Part shown: in pieces, positions 1 to 14,491 of the stretch
Layout of the letters: every line of letters starts with the position of its first letter
Numbering within the stretch: position 1 is the first letter of the stretch
Source of the DNA: Octopus bimaculoides
Taxonomy: Eukaryota
NCBI RefSeq assembly: GCF_001194135.2
Contig: NC_068990.1
Span: 84,496,738-84,560,737 of the forward strand
Reading direction: 5' to 3'
Length of the DNA: 64,000 bases
Notes under the pieces: model-generated
What the model was told of the DNA's origin: nothing
Databases searched by the model: none
The model's input: only the letters and a program-made list of their open reading frames with translations
Translations under genes and position numbers: made by a program

Positions 1-2653
1 GGTTATGTATCAGCTTAAGAATTCTCTGCTAGAAAAAATAAGAGAAAGCAGTTGATTTCTTCACTCAAGAATATTTGCACTTTGCTTTGCCTATTGCGAT
101 ACAGATATTGTCTACAGAATTTTAAATGGCACTCATTCTTTCTTGCTGCATGTAAAATGTTTCTATCTTCAGTTTAGCCCTCGTTTTGAAAAGAGTTCAT
201 TCTCACATAGTCTATAATTACATAAACTTATTTTGCATTTAAAATTTTAAGAAACTTGTATTGTCCAAAGTTTGGTCTATTGTCAGGATAACCCTTTCAA
301 AATATTTCATTTCTTCTGTTCTGTCCTCCATTTAGAAATCATTTATGCATTAATGGATTGCTTGTAAACCTGTAAACCATTTGTAGTGATATGAAAGTGT
401 GTAATAAAGAGTCAGAAATAAGTCAAAAAATAAGTTATTCTACTGTTCAAATTCTTCACGATTTTTCAAAATTGTTTTAACTATATGGGCAGTGTATTTT
501 ACTAGAAATATGGTCACTAAAGGGTTAAGTTTACTGAGAGAAGTTGTAACTTTAGTTTCATTATCAAAACCTCTTTTAGCAGACGACAAACATAGGTGAC
601 ACAACTAAGTGAAATAGTGATATATATATATATATATATTTCATATACACTAAGTAATTATCAATAAGTTGGATTGTGAAATAAAATTATGGTCATGGTA
701 ACATAAGTGTTGATTTCTTCTTCCACCTGAAGATGTTTGATTTATCTATTTTATTCTGTCTATTCTAGTGTATGGCTAAATCATTTGAATATAAGTATCC
801 TTCTTAGTTTTTTTTTACATCTGCATCTGTCACAAAATGCTGGTTTTGATCCTTTTCTCTCTTGGTAAGAGAAGTCCATTGTCGGTTTTAGCAGTGGAGT
901 AGATTTGCACTGAATATTTCTTGCTAACAAAGTACTTGGCAATTACATAATGCTTCTGCTACAGCATCAACATTCTGTACCTCCCCGGGGTAACCATTTG
1001 CATTGAATTGGACAGTTGGGAGTTCAGACATAGTACAGCATCAGTATGAACCATCAATCCTTGTTTCTTTCTTTCATTATCATCATTATTATTTGTATGT
1101 CTGGATTTTTATATTTTTCCCCTGCTTGCATGGGCATGTGAAAAAACAGATGTTAGTATTTTGTAGTAGTATTTTAAATCATTTTTTCCCCTCTCTTGTT
1201 CATACTTTCATCTTGGGAGAAATATTCTATTTATACAATATTCCAATTTTATTTTCACACAAAAGTGTTTGACTTTCATAAATGTCACCTGATGTAAAGT
1301 TAAATTTTTATAACAACTTTCCTCAGCAAAAGGTCACATGTTTTAGTCTTATGAAACTAACATTATCTGACATTTCTCACACATGTATGCAATCATAAAG
1401 GAATATCATTTAAGCCTATAGTTTTAATTGATCCATCAATTGCATCTTGTTCTTTTTAATGTTCGATAAACATTTGTATCTTAAAAGAACAAGAAAGTAC
1501 AAAAACTTAGTATATTGGGCATTCTTAATAAGTTATGGTTTCAAAGCAATGTCGATGTCCAGGGTGTTTGATTTGGTGTTTCTGACATTTTAGTAGAATG
1601 TCCTGTGTTCAGAAAAGCAACTCACTGGTAATGGAGAATTTTACTAAATTTTCTAAATAGCCAGGTGTGGTGTATATAAATATACAAATGTGAATTGACT
1701 GGCATGTGTTTAATAGTGACTAGATGAAAAGGTAAGGTAAAAGAAACCATATAGAATAGAACAAAGCTGACATAAAACTTAATTATTATTGGATGGTAGA
1801 TTGACAGTAGCAGTTGGACTTGTGGTATTTACTTATGTACTTTCAAGGTCAAGTTTGTTCTGATCCTCTTGGGATCAGCTAAGTACAGGAAGTCGATATA
1901 ATTGAATATACACTCCACTGAAATTTCGAGTTTTGTGCTTAAGTTAGAAATCGTCAACACATAGTGAATGGTAGAATCAGTAGAGGGCCCTGTAAAATGT
2001 TTTGCACTATCAAGTTAATGTCCCTTTACATTTTGACTTGTGATCCAGTCAGTTGACTTTGTCTTGTTGATAAATAAATACTAATCAAGTCCTAGGAATG
2101 AGTATTGCATCTATTGTGAAGCTGTGTCAATGTAAGAAATCATTTTCATTAAGGTGGCAAACTGGCAGAATCGTTAGTGTGTCAAACCAAATGCTTAGCA
2201 GCACTTCTTCCAGCTCTCAATGTCCTGAGTTCAAATACCATTAAGGTCGATTTTACCTCCAATATTTTGGGGGTTGATAAAGGATTGATCAAGTACTGGG
2301 GTTGATGTAACTAACTAACCTGTCCTTCACTAAAATTGCAGGCCTTGTGCCAAAATTAAAAAGAATTCTTAGCAAATCAGCTGAAATGCTTTACAGTATT
2401 TTTCTAAGCTCTCTTGGTTCAAACCCTGACGAGGTCAACTTTGCCTTTTGGAAATGATAATGTACCAGTCAAGTACTGGGGTTGATGGTATCAGCTAACC
2501 CTTCCTCTCGAAAGTTCTGGTCTTGTATCTGAATTAAGAACAAAATTTTAGCACAGTAATATTGCTGAAGACTAGATTTATTATTATTTTTTTTTTTTTT
2601 TTATTTTTTTTTTTAGATGATGTTTCTGGCTATAATATCTGTTAATTCTTACT

Positions 2654-2867
2654 GGTGGCGAAATGGCAGAATCGTTAGTACGCCGGGTGAAATGCTTAGC
2701 GGTATTTCGTCTGCCTTCACGTTCTGAGTTCAAATTCTGCCGTAGTCGACTTTGCTTTCATCCTTTCGGGGTCGATAAATTAAGTACCAGTCGCATACTG
2801 GGGCCGATCTAATCGACTGTCCGCCTCCCCACAATTTTCGGGCCTTGTGCCTAGAGTAGATAAGAAT
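2654..2867 (+). mobile_element. tRNA-derived SINE with a Meta-domain-like core (older copies at 2151-2530)
   Basis: A-box-like TGGCAGAATCG and B-box-like GAGTTCAAATTC; core GTCGACTTTGCTTTCATCCTTTCGGGGTCGATAAATTAAGTACCAG resembles the MetaSINE/Sauria domain. Confidence 0.8.
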
Positions 2868-4105
2868 ATGTTAATTCAAGTTTTCATTTAACTGATGTTA
2901 GACTTTGTAAGAGGGAAAGAAAAAAATACTTCCTTGTGCCTGATTAAAGATGCATCAACCAATAAAGAGCTGGGGTTAATAAAGGAATCAAATCTATGTT
3001 GGGATTAGGGTTAGGATTAAATTGGAAACTGAAAATACTGCAGATTAAAATGTTAAAACTATTTAAATACTAATCAGTAATAACATTTTCTCTAAAACAA
3101 TAGTTAAGTATTAACATAAACAGCTAATTATAAAGCCATCATTATGGGTTGGATAGGTTCACCATATATCATATTGTCTTATCACCTCTTATATGTATCT
3201 TAATATCAGGAGATCTAATTTCATTTCTTTGTCTTTCTATTTCTTTGGTATCTTCCCATCAACATATGACATCTTTTTATCTGGCACCCATTAACTTTCA
3301 ATATCACATGTGTATAACAAGTGAGGTTGCCTCTTGTGACTGATGCCCTTAATGTCTAGCTACTCTCTTGTGCTTAACTTCTCATTCAAATTAACAGAGC
3401 ACATTCAACATTTAATGTCGTATCTGCTGTATTATTCTCCATCCTCTTCTATTCAGTGTCCATCAACTCACTACCTTGCATTTAACTTTTATGCAAAGAG
3501 AATAGCCCACAGTTGCTTCTTTCCTCTTCTTCATTACTCTAGCTATTATACTTTAGTTACATCCTCTTCCTGTAGGAATTAGTTTAAATCCACTGTAACT
3601 ACCTCTTTCCAATGCTTCTCATTTATTCTTGTAACAGTTGATCATGATACTGCCATAACAAACCATTTTAGCAGTTCATAAACTTCATTTTATAATTGTT
3701 CTTACTGTTAAATGCTTCTGATGCATCTAACACTTTGGAAGTCCTGATTCTCTGTCAGCCTGCTAGAAATCCTGTTGCATCTTTTGTGTATTCATTGTTA
3801 GAAAATATTTGGACAATTCCATGTCTAACTTAGCAAAGACCATTATTTAGTAGAGTGGCTTCTCATTTTGTGATTAAAAAATTTTTTTTTCAGCATATTA
3901 CAAATTCACTGTATAAGGTACCACTTTGTTGCCATGTATTTGAAATTCACTTCCTGTATAATGTTGATCAAGAACCCTTTTAGAAGCAACATCTTGAAAT
4001 TGTTTACTAAATTTATTTTTACCTTGTTCAGGTGAAAAAAAAATATATATATGAATAGAATTTTTTACAAAAGTTTTTGTCAAGCTTTTTCTTTTTACAT
4101 TATAG

Positions 4106-4173
4106 ATACCTGCAACAATAACAAGAATTCTTTTGAACCACTTTAATTGGGATAAAGAAAGATTAATGGAACG
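4106..4173 (+). CDS. ARIH1: ARIH1 exon (UBA-like region): [22 protein letters not shown](R)
   Basis: tatag|ATACCT...GAACG|gtaatt; 68 nt, phase 0 to 2; absent from the ORF track. Confidence 0.95.
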
Positions 4174-7100
4174 GTAATTATATATATATATATATACACA
4201 CACATCTTATGTCATTGTTTATTGTCACATTAACCACAGGAACATTGGCAATAATAAGCAGTCGTCATTCCTTCTTAATAATACCAAATATATTTCATCA
4301 ATAATTGCCTTTTTCTTTAATATAACAGAGTATAGTAAATATGACTGTTGTATGTATAACACTGTCTCTCACTATTTTTATATTTCACTGCTTTTGTAAC
4401 CCTCTGGAAGATTTTATAGAACTTAGAGTGGGGTATGGGTGGCATTTCTTGGACAATTCTTTATCTTCTCTCCAGTTGCCCATATGATGATTTGATCTCA
4501 GCAGTACAAACTAATGGAACACTTGTCAGTTATAGTCCACCGGTCCCATTGCACCTGTTAGTAAATTATATTATGTTGACCTAGCTTGGACAGGTCTGAT
4601 ACAGTTCTTTGTAACCTCATACATGTCCACAATACTACAGATGAGTAATACAAATGTATTGGTTGAGAAGTTATTTTAAACTCTTTCTCGTTCCTATCAG
4701 CCATATAGAACTGGACTAAAGTGAGAGATTTTCTAATTGGCTTCTTAACTATCACTCTATATACTGTCTTTTGCCCTGTAATTTTCACTGTGGACTTTTT
4801 TCAATAATATAAACTTTATGCTATAGCTTTCTGATGCTCCATGATTTTAATCTTGAGCAGTCGGCTTGTTTCCTTTTTGTAAGCTCTAGTAGCTAAGGTC
4901 TGTTTGCCAAAGAGATAGGACATTATCATAATAGGATACATATCTTCTGGTCAGTTTGGTTTTAATTCTACCTTAGCAACTGAATAATTTCTTTGCAACT
5001 CTCACATTCTTAGAATTTCTATAAAGCATACTCTACATTTGAAATAAGACTTAAATATTTCTTCCTCCTTATTAAGTGGTAATCACTGCCACCTGATTTA
5101 TTCAACAATGTCAAAATTGAATTTAAAAAATTTAAGGAACCATTAATAAAAACTAAAACTGAGGTGGATTAAAAGAAACTCTAGAATGCCTGTTTGTGAA
5201 TTTGTGCAAGCATATGTACTTTTATGGAAAGGTGAACAGGTTTAGTCAAGTTTTGTACCACACAGATTAGATTGGATGATTCTATTCTGTAGTAAGAATA
5301 TACATCTTTTGCTTTTCTCATGCACTATACCTGCCTCGCTCTACCCCTACCCACTCTTGTAACTTACTCCACACCCCTTTTTTGTCCTTCTGTTTCATCA
5401 TTGTTATTTTATTGTCAGTCACCTCATCGCTTCCCAGCTCCACTCAAACACTCCCACTCTTTCTTCTAAAACATGTTCTCAACCATTTTTACCTATGGAT
5501 CCTTTTATTATTATTTTATTCTGATGAACTCCCTCCTCCCATAGCTATTCGATGTTTAAAAACTAGTTTTATAGAAACTTTTCAAAGTTTTTTTTTTTTT
5601 TTCCACACTAACTTGTATAGGTTGAACTATGGAAAATATTAGAGGAAGAAACCTAGCTGTTTCTTGCAATACATACCAATACATACATTTAAAGCAAAAT
5701 TTTTTCAGGGGCCCTTAAAATATTGTGGATTCCCAATTTACAATTTTGTTGCATGGACCCCCCAGAAATCTTATATGGACTCTGGTTGAGAACCACTGCT
5801 CTAAAATACAAGTAGTCATACGGCTCTTCTACAGCAAGCAACTTGTTCTGCTCTAGCCCCTTCTCTCATGCTTTTACCCATTTTGTGTTTATTTCCCAGC
5901 ATAAAAATACTCCCACAGGATCCAGTGTCTTGCAAACTGTATGACAACATCACTCATGCTGGTGGCACAAAAAAGCACCCAGCAAAAACTGTAAAGTTGT
6001 TGGTGTTAGGAAGGGCATTCAGCCATAGAAATCGTGCCAAAGCAGATACGGGAGCACGGTGCAGTATTTGAGCTCACTGGATTCTGTCACTCTAGCCTAT
6101 GCCAGCATGGAACATTGACATTAAATGATGATTCTGAGCCGTACTCAAATGCGAGAGTGAAGAGTGGAGAGCATTGAGCAAAGCTTTGGTGGACACCTAC
6201 CTATATACTGAATTCTCCTCTGATAGCAATTGAACATTAAGAGAGAGATACATGACATGTAGAGTTTTAAATGGTGTATTCTATTTCAAGAATATATGTC
6301 CTTCAGCATGGAAGCATTTTGCTTTGTTTCATTTTAAGTACTGGAATGTTATCTTCCCCCTTCTTTCATGGTTACTACTCAACTGCTTTGTTTTCTAGCT
6401 CCATTGTTGCTTGTCTTCAGCATGTCTCTCCAGTTCCTGTACATCATTCTTCTCTGTCTTGAGTCTGCATCATTTCATTTGTGATGTCTGATATTAGTTG
6501 TGTCTGACAGTATTGTATGTACTCTGGTTTATTTAACATGTAAAAGTTGGTGCCATGTTTTTAACAAATTTTGTATTGAAAATCTGACTACAAGGGCCTG
6601 AGAGCTTTTCAAATTGTTACTTGTCTACTATTATTAGTGGAGTTGAACACACAAAATGCCATGTTGGTTACAAGTATTAACAAAATAAATTGTGGACATG
6701 TTTATGGAATAGCCACGACATACTTATTGACTATTATGTATATTTAATATCAGTCATCAAAAATTAAGCAGAATTACGAAATTATTGAGAAACTTAAGAT
6801 CAGTTTAAAATCTCTCAAAATTTGATTCTTAATCATTACTGATGCCAGAAAGATTCTGCTTCTCCTGTGTCAACATTTCTCCTACATCCTGTGATATTTC
6901 TGTAATATTTCTGTAACATCTTGGGTTTTTAACATAGGTCAAACAATACCTCCATTCAAGAGAACTTTTTCAATGATGGATTAAAAGACATTTTGGTAGC
7001 CTTCAATCTTCAAATCTAGCAGTTACATCACAGTCACTAATCCTCTGGTTGGTGGTGATCCAGTATAACAGTTTTTCCTACATCTCTGTATATAGAACCT

Positions 7101-8296
7101 GCTTCTCTCTGCATTCCTTTTTATTTAGCATTTCCAGTGAGACTTTTTTCCTGCTTTCTCTCATGACTTTCTCTGATACAGAAAATTTCTTCAGATGATC
7201 AAATTCTATAACTTTTATATTTAAAAGCTGTCAAAGTTAGATTCATTTGTCACCACTGATACCAGAAAGGTATGCTGCCTCTACATTTTGCCTGCATCTC
7301 AGTAGTTAACCATTATGACAGTGTTTGACGGGTTAAAATTTTACCTTTTTATACTTGTCTCTTCAATACTGTTGCCAGTGCCCCTGGACTGGCTCTTGTG
7401 CGGGGCCGTTGTAGGATTTTCAAGCGAGATCGTTGTTGGTTCCCCTGGACTGGCTCATGTGCGGGCGACACACAAAATCTTTTTTTTTTTTTTTTTTNNN
7501 NNNNNNNNNNNNNNNNNNNNNNNNNNNNNNNNNNNNNNNNNNNNNNNNNNNNNNNNNNNNNNNNNNNNNNNNNNNNNNNNNNNNNNNNNNNNNNNNNNNN
7601 NNNNNNNNNNNNNNNNNNNNNNNNNNNNNNNNNNNNNNNNNNNNNNNNNNNNNNNNTTTTTTTTTTTTTTTTTTTTGTGCGGGTGGCACATGAAATGCAC
7701 CATTTTGAGCGTGGCCGTTGCCAGTACCACCTGACTGGCCTTCGTGCAGGTGAGATGTAAAAGCACCCACTACACTCTCGGAGTGGTTGGCGTTAGGAAG
7801 GGCATCCAGCTGTAGAAACTCTGCCAAATCAGATTGGAGCCTGGTGTAGCCATCTGGTTTCACCAGTCCTCAGTCAAATCGTCCAACCCATGCTAGCATG
7901 GAAAGTGGACGTTAAACGACGACGACGATGACAGAGAATTCCTCATAAAACTTACTTTTTTTTTTCTCTCTCTCTCTTGACCTTCATTCCTTTGTGCTTC
8001 CTTATCTATCTACATTGGTTCCTTTCAGATTTTGCCATCACTCCCTCTCACCACTATTTCCGACCACTCCCTAACCATCCACTGATCATATGACATGTTT
8101 ACAGACAGCCTGTCAACTGAACTTTGGTTTACTTTCCATACATTAAAAAAAAAAATCTAGTAATTTATTCAATATGGCATACACCTTGTATGCAATATGT
8201 GCTTGCATGATTCATCATCTATAGTAGTGGTTGATTGTAATAATGATGATATATCTTAGCCTTGTATTTTTATAGAAGCTGTGTACAAAAAAAATG

Positions 8297-8333
<37 letters not shown>

Positions 8334-11300
8334 CTTTTTTTTTGTCCACTTCTACTAGGATAATTGTCTTTGCAGTATACATTAGCCAGTATCTTTTCGG
8401 TGCCCAAGTTCTTTACCTACTCAGTCTTTTTTCCATTACAGCTTTACAGTTATTAAATGTGCATCATTTAGTCGGTCTTTTACTTAAGCATTTTCAAGGC
8501 AGTAAACTGAGAAATATGTTACACTATAATTCCACCTTTTGTTACCATTAGTTCTTCAGGTATTAGTTATATCACTATTTAACGAAGTTTGTTGTTTCGC
8601 AGTCAGTGGAACTGCCTCTGTGTAGTCACTCAATCTACTAGAAATAGCTACCAGAAGCCTCTCAAATCACACCTACTAGTGTTAAATACCTTGCTTAGCC
8701 CTTTCGATACCAACCTGAGATTGCTCCTGGTTCCATGATTCAAACTTCTTCTCTGAAGAGATCTAAATTAAAACCTTCCATCAAAATTTATTTATGTTCC
8801 AAACGCCATTTTAATAATCTAAGTTATTTTACTAAATTCATTATTTTCAAAATTAATATAAATAAGGAAGAGAGGACGTCATCTTTAGAATGGCGGCTTC
8901 ACCTGAAATGTTTGCAACTGTGGACTTCACTGAAGGTGCTGAAGACTAAGTGCCAGGTTATGTATATAGTATACTCAAAAGTGGAAATGGTTCCTTGAAG
9001 GGCTTCCACACTGTGAGATTGAACCTGAAGCAATGTTGTTCCAAAGCAAATTTCTTCACCATACTGCCATACACTTGCTTCTAACTAGCACTGCTTTTTA
9101 CTGTCTGTTACCTTAATTATATGAAATTTCACTTTGAATTTCCTCTCTTACAATTTCTTTCTTTCTTACTTTTACCCATCATTTGCCCCTCATTTCTTAG
9201 CATAAAACTGCCTTCTTGAGGTTTGTGGTTTTGCACACTGCATGATGGCCTCACTAGGGCTGGTGGGATGGAAAAACACCCACTATATACATGGGTTGGA
9301 TGGCTTGACAGGAACTGGCAAGGCCAGGGGCTGCACCAGGTTCCACAGTCTTTTTTGGCTTAATTCCTATGACTGAATACCCTTCCTAATGCAATCCACT
9401 CCACAGAGTTTACTGGGTGCTTTTTATGTGGGACCTTGATTTTAAGATCTCAATTTTGTTTTGGTGGGCAGCTCTTCTCAAGTACAGAAATGTGCTACCT
9501 ATCTCAATCCTCTGTCACTTCCTTCATAAGGTTCAGCATTTTGAGATCAGCCTTCAAATTTTTGTCCCATGTCTTCTTGGCTCTCCTTCTTCCCGCTAGT
9601 TTAAGTGATCGGCACTTCTTTATGCAACTGTCCTCATCTGTCCATATCACTTGGCCAAACCAGTGCAGTTTCCTCTCTTGCACACTGCATATGATTCCTC
9701 TTATGCCCAACTTCTCCCTCAATACACCAATTCTCTGTCACACATCCAGCGGCACATACCAGCTTTGTTCCTCTCCAGTCTTCGCATGTCCTCCACATTC
9801 AAGGCCCACGTCTCACTACCATGCAGCATTGCGTTGTCCTATATCTCCACCTCCTCTTCTTTGATATATAGATCACCTAGAGCCTCTCTAACCCAATGTT
9901 TAGTAGAAGAAACTTTGTTTCCACATTTTCCTCCTGCAGATTGTTTTGTAGCTCTTAAGCACTTCTATACTGGGTGGTACATTCTCCATCAGGATGAGAT
10001 TTTAGTATTCACAACCATGTGTCCGTTTCATTTCTTGGTGAGTAAGAATTCTATCTGGGTTGTGTTCAGCTGAGTCATAAGGTAATCGAGCCGAGTTTTC
10101 ATTCTTCATATCAGATCAGCCATAATATTGAAGTTGGTTACTCCCTATTGAGCTGATCTGCTTGTGTTTGTGAAAAAAAAAAAATGTGTTGCTGATATAA
10201 AATAGGTGAAGCACAAATTTGTTACTATTATATATTAACCTCATTTTATTAATGAAGCTTGAACCTGCTTAGTCTTTGTAGTCTTACATGAACACAGCTT
10301 TGCATCGCAAGCTGGCTACAGATTAATGAAAAAGTAAAGTTTTTTTTCTTCTTTTCTTTATTAACCTATTTCTGTACAAATTTCATTTTCTTTTATTATT
10401 AAAGAGGCAGGCTTTGAGCTGATATTAGAAATAATTATCAAAGGGAGGACAGCAGTCAAAAAATGTTCATCAGTATTGATCAGCAGTCTTTCTGCTTGGT
10501 TTATAAGGATAAAAAAAAACTTTAAACATAAGGCTACATGTTTAAAAGTGGTTCAGTTAAAAATCCTGTTATTACAATATTAAATCTATTAAGAGTCGCA
10601 TCCAGCTTTAAAACAATCTCTGACAATTTATAGAAGATTTGCAATGCCACTCATAATGTTGCTAATCATTTATAAGTCATCAAAAAGTATGTCTTTCCTT
10701 CTAAAACTGTATGGTAGATGTTCTCATATAATTGACAATTAATCTGCATTTCATCTTTTCAAAACACCAGGAAATACATTATTTGAAATTGTATATGTTG
10801 AGATATCATCCTCCTCCTCTTCCTTGTGTTGTCTGTCTTTTTCTCTGTTGGCATGTGTTGATAAAAAAAATGAGTCATTGAAAATAAAATCTGTGCCAAG
10901 CAAGTTTTCTTTTGAACAATTGCTGAACTTATATGGTTTGTATTTACTTTTCAATATCAATGTAATATAGACAGGCTAACAATCAGCTACCTATGTATTT
11001 TTTTATCAATGGTGGTCATTGTATTGCAAGCCATCAGTGTTGGTCTTCATATTTCAATGAAACCTTGACAGTTATATCATATATATCAAGTGGAAAAAAA
11101 AATCTTTTTAGTCCCTATTGGTAACATAAGATTTTACAAAATGTCTGTATTTTATGTAAATTACTGAGACCATTACTTATATAAAGTAGATGTGTACTTA
11201 CATTCCCAAAGAAATGAATAAATTAAAGATAAAAATGGTTACAGTTTTTATAAAAAATCTTTTATGCAACAATTGATTTGAATGAAAATAAATTGGTATA

Positions 11301-13054
11301 AAATAAAAGGACATTTGAATGTATACAAATTGACTGTCAGTTCTAGTAACTTCAGAAAGTAACCATATAAGTATATAAATAAGCAGAACTAGAATTGAGT
11401 AGGCTGGAAGGTGGAGTTTAACTCTATTATGTTGAAGTAGTTTCTGATGAATTATGTTAGTGTTAGATCTAATAAGTTAAGGCTTAAGTTTTTCAAAGAT
11501 AACATCAAACAAAATTAAAACTTGTTTAAACCTGTCAAATATTGATAATGCATATCTATTGTAGGTCTTCATTAGAAGATATGTCAAAGTCACACTCAGA
11601 AAATTAAACTTGAGTCTAATTTTCATTCAAGTTACTCTACCTTTGACAGCTTTTACATCTGAAATTTTCTGTTACTGTTTGATTTGAACTTGAAGTAAAT
11701 GATGTCTGCTAATGGTGCTCATGTTTGGGAATCGGTATTTGCTTAGATTTGTTACAAGTTAGCAGATACGATTACATTGTTAAGCAGGTTATCTGCAGGG
11801 TTGATTACAGAGGCTGAAGCTGAAATTGTGTTGCTCTGGAGCAATATAAACAAGGGGAACAGTTTAAAACAGAACCAGAGCATTTGAGACTTTAAGGCCT
11901 ATTAAAATGAGAATCTATAAAATGCTTTGAAAATGACTAATTACTAATTATTACTAATTACAAATAAGAGGCCTTGAGCCTCTTATTTGTAGAATATTTC
12001 AAGATAGTAATGCTTTTCTTGGACATTTTAATGGTACCATTATTGTAAACGCCATTTACTATATCTCTATTTTCTATGCTGGTATTGGTTGGACGAGTCT
12101 ATGCAGCAGTTTGCTAATTCTTTTGTCATCTGTGAGGCTTGGCATTCTGAGATATGGCCTGACCAATTCCGTTAGTCATAATCGCATGTCTATACTAACC
12201 CAGCCATTTCCCCTTTTACATCAGCTGACCTCTTTAATGTCCAGCCAGTGCTCTGCCATTCATGCAAGTTTACATTGCATCTCCAATAAATTCATTTATC
12301 TCCAGCATTTACAGATCTGTATTCACTATCATGAAGCATCACACTTAAACTTCAGACAGCCTGTCTTTTTTTTTCTTCTTTTTTTACAGATAAACCCTTT
12401 ATATCAGTTTCTAAACGAGCATTTAGAGTGGAATGAAATAACTTGGCTAAATATGAAATAAGCTATTGAAGAATTGAATACTTAAGGGTTAGCAGCTGTT
12501 GTACTAACAATGATATTGTAACCAGCCATTCCTATAGCCCTAACTAACTTTTCCATTCGCTACCTTGTAAACCTCATTTCCATCATCTGTCTGATGTAAA
12601 TAGTTGCAAACAATTTCTTCTACAAATAGCCACAGTATTTTCAGACATGTGTTATATAGAACTATTGATTATATTAAATTGTAATCGTGGTTCAGAAACT
12701 TCCTCTACAATTTCTATTTCATTTTGTTTATATTTTTGGTGTCATTTCTAAAAATTTTTGACCCTTTTTTTTTTTTTTCTTTTTCCCCCACCAGGTATTA
12801 CGATGGTGATCAGGACAGCCTCTTCTCCGAAGCTCATGTTATCAATCCTCACAGAAGGGAGGTGAGGCCTAGGGTAAAAAACAATTGTCTCTTTCAAAAA
12901 TCTGCATGCTTTTGCCACTCTGGCCATGTTAATTCTAATAGATAGGCATTAATTTGCTTTATCTAGCTGCAGGTTTTAATTTTAAAATTCTATAACTATT
13001 ATTCTTTTGAAATTATAATATATATTTATGCATTGTTTTTCTAATTTTCTTTAA

Positions 13055-13086
<32 letters not shown>

Positions 13087-14454
13087 CTTTCACAGAAAAT
13101 TCCCAGGTCAACTTCATCTCAACCACCGTCAGGTGAAACGTTATGTGAAATTTGTTTGATATCCAAACCTACTCTTGTAAGTTAGAACAACTTCTTAATT
13201 GTATATCAATGCTTTATATTTAAACACTTCTCTACCTGCTGGTTTCACCTACGATATCAAAATAACGGAGAAATTGCATTTAGCATAGTTACGATGGTAT
13301 GAAAGGACTGGGATAAGTTCGGGTATCTTTGCTTTTCTTGGTAACAAAATGTCGCTCTTGTGCAAAAGACAGTGTATATTAAAGCATGTGTAAGAAGTAT
13401 GGTGCTATATGGTTGTGTAATGTTAACTTGCATGACAGATGCAGCACAAACAGAAACAGATTGGACATTAAGATCATTTTTGATGTGCACAACACAGACA
13501 TTATATCTGGTGGTTATTTATTTCTTTATTTATTTTTATCAATTTCAGTTTAGACTGTGCTAGGATACTCACTGCCTTAAAAACAAACGAGATATCCTCC
13601 TTCAATGCTACACTCCCCTCAGTCGAGATCTAGTTTTGCAAGTTACTTGGTGACCTCACTGGTGCCAGTGCTACATAAAAAGCACCTAGTACATTCTGTA
13701 AAATGGTTGGCATTTGGAATGGCATCCAGCTGTAGAAACTATGCCAAAGCAGATATTGGAGATCATTGGAGCTTGGCACAGTCCTCTGGCTTGCTGTCAC
13801 CTGTTGAACCATCAAACCTATGCCAGCAGGGAAAACACATTAAATGGTAGTGTTGTTGATGATGATGATGAAGTACATGCGATAGAAGTAGATAACGCTG
13901 TTGTGGTGGTGGGGGAATGTGTCATCTGCTGTTGGCAGTGGGGATTTGTGGTCAAGGCCTACTCTTAAAAAATCTTCTCACAAGCCTGAAGAGTAAATAT
14001 GTATTGTCAGTATTACAAATAAGTATCATAGTATGAGATGGATTCCTGTTTAGTTGACCACATGATAAATTTCCAATTTTCAAAATGATACTCTTTTATT
14101 TACTCTTTTACTTATTTGTCATTTTGACTGTGGCCATGCTGGAGCACCACCTTTGAGTCGAACAAATCGACCCCAGGACTTATTCTTTGTAAGCCTAGTA
14201 CTTATTCTATCGGTCTCTTTTGCCGAACCGCTAAGTTACGGGGACGTAAGCACACCAGCATCGGTTGTCAATCGATAGGGGGGGGGCAAACACAGGCGCA
14301 CGCACANNNNNNNNNNNNNNNNNNNNNNNNNNNNNNNNNNNNNNNNNNNNNNNNNNNNNNNNNNNNNNNNNNNNNNNNNNNNNNNNNNNNNNNNNNNNNN
14401 NNNNNNNNNNNNNNNNNNNNNNNNNNNNNNNNNNNNNNNNNNNNNNNNNNNNNN

Positions 14455-14491
<37 letters not shown>

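Noticed and set aside
1-4105. Search for the first ARIH1 coding exon (acidic N-terminus)
   Set aside because: No matching peptide or plausible exon found; it probably lies upstream of the window.
7315-7863. Several 100-150 aa ORFs here and at 14231-14627, 21555-22154, 23166-23819, 62287-63015
   Set aside because: Open only because they run through N-gaps and simple repeats.
13101-13106. Alternative acceptor TCCCAG inside the RING1 exon
   Set aside because: 11 nt downstream of the main acceptor, so out of frame, with a weaker pyrimidine tract.
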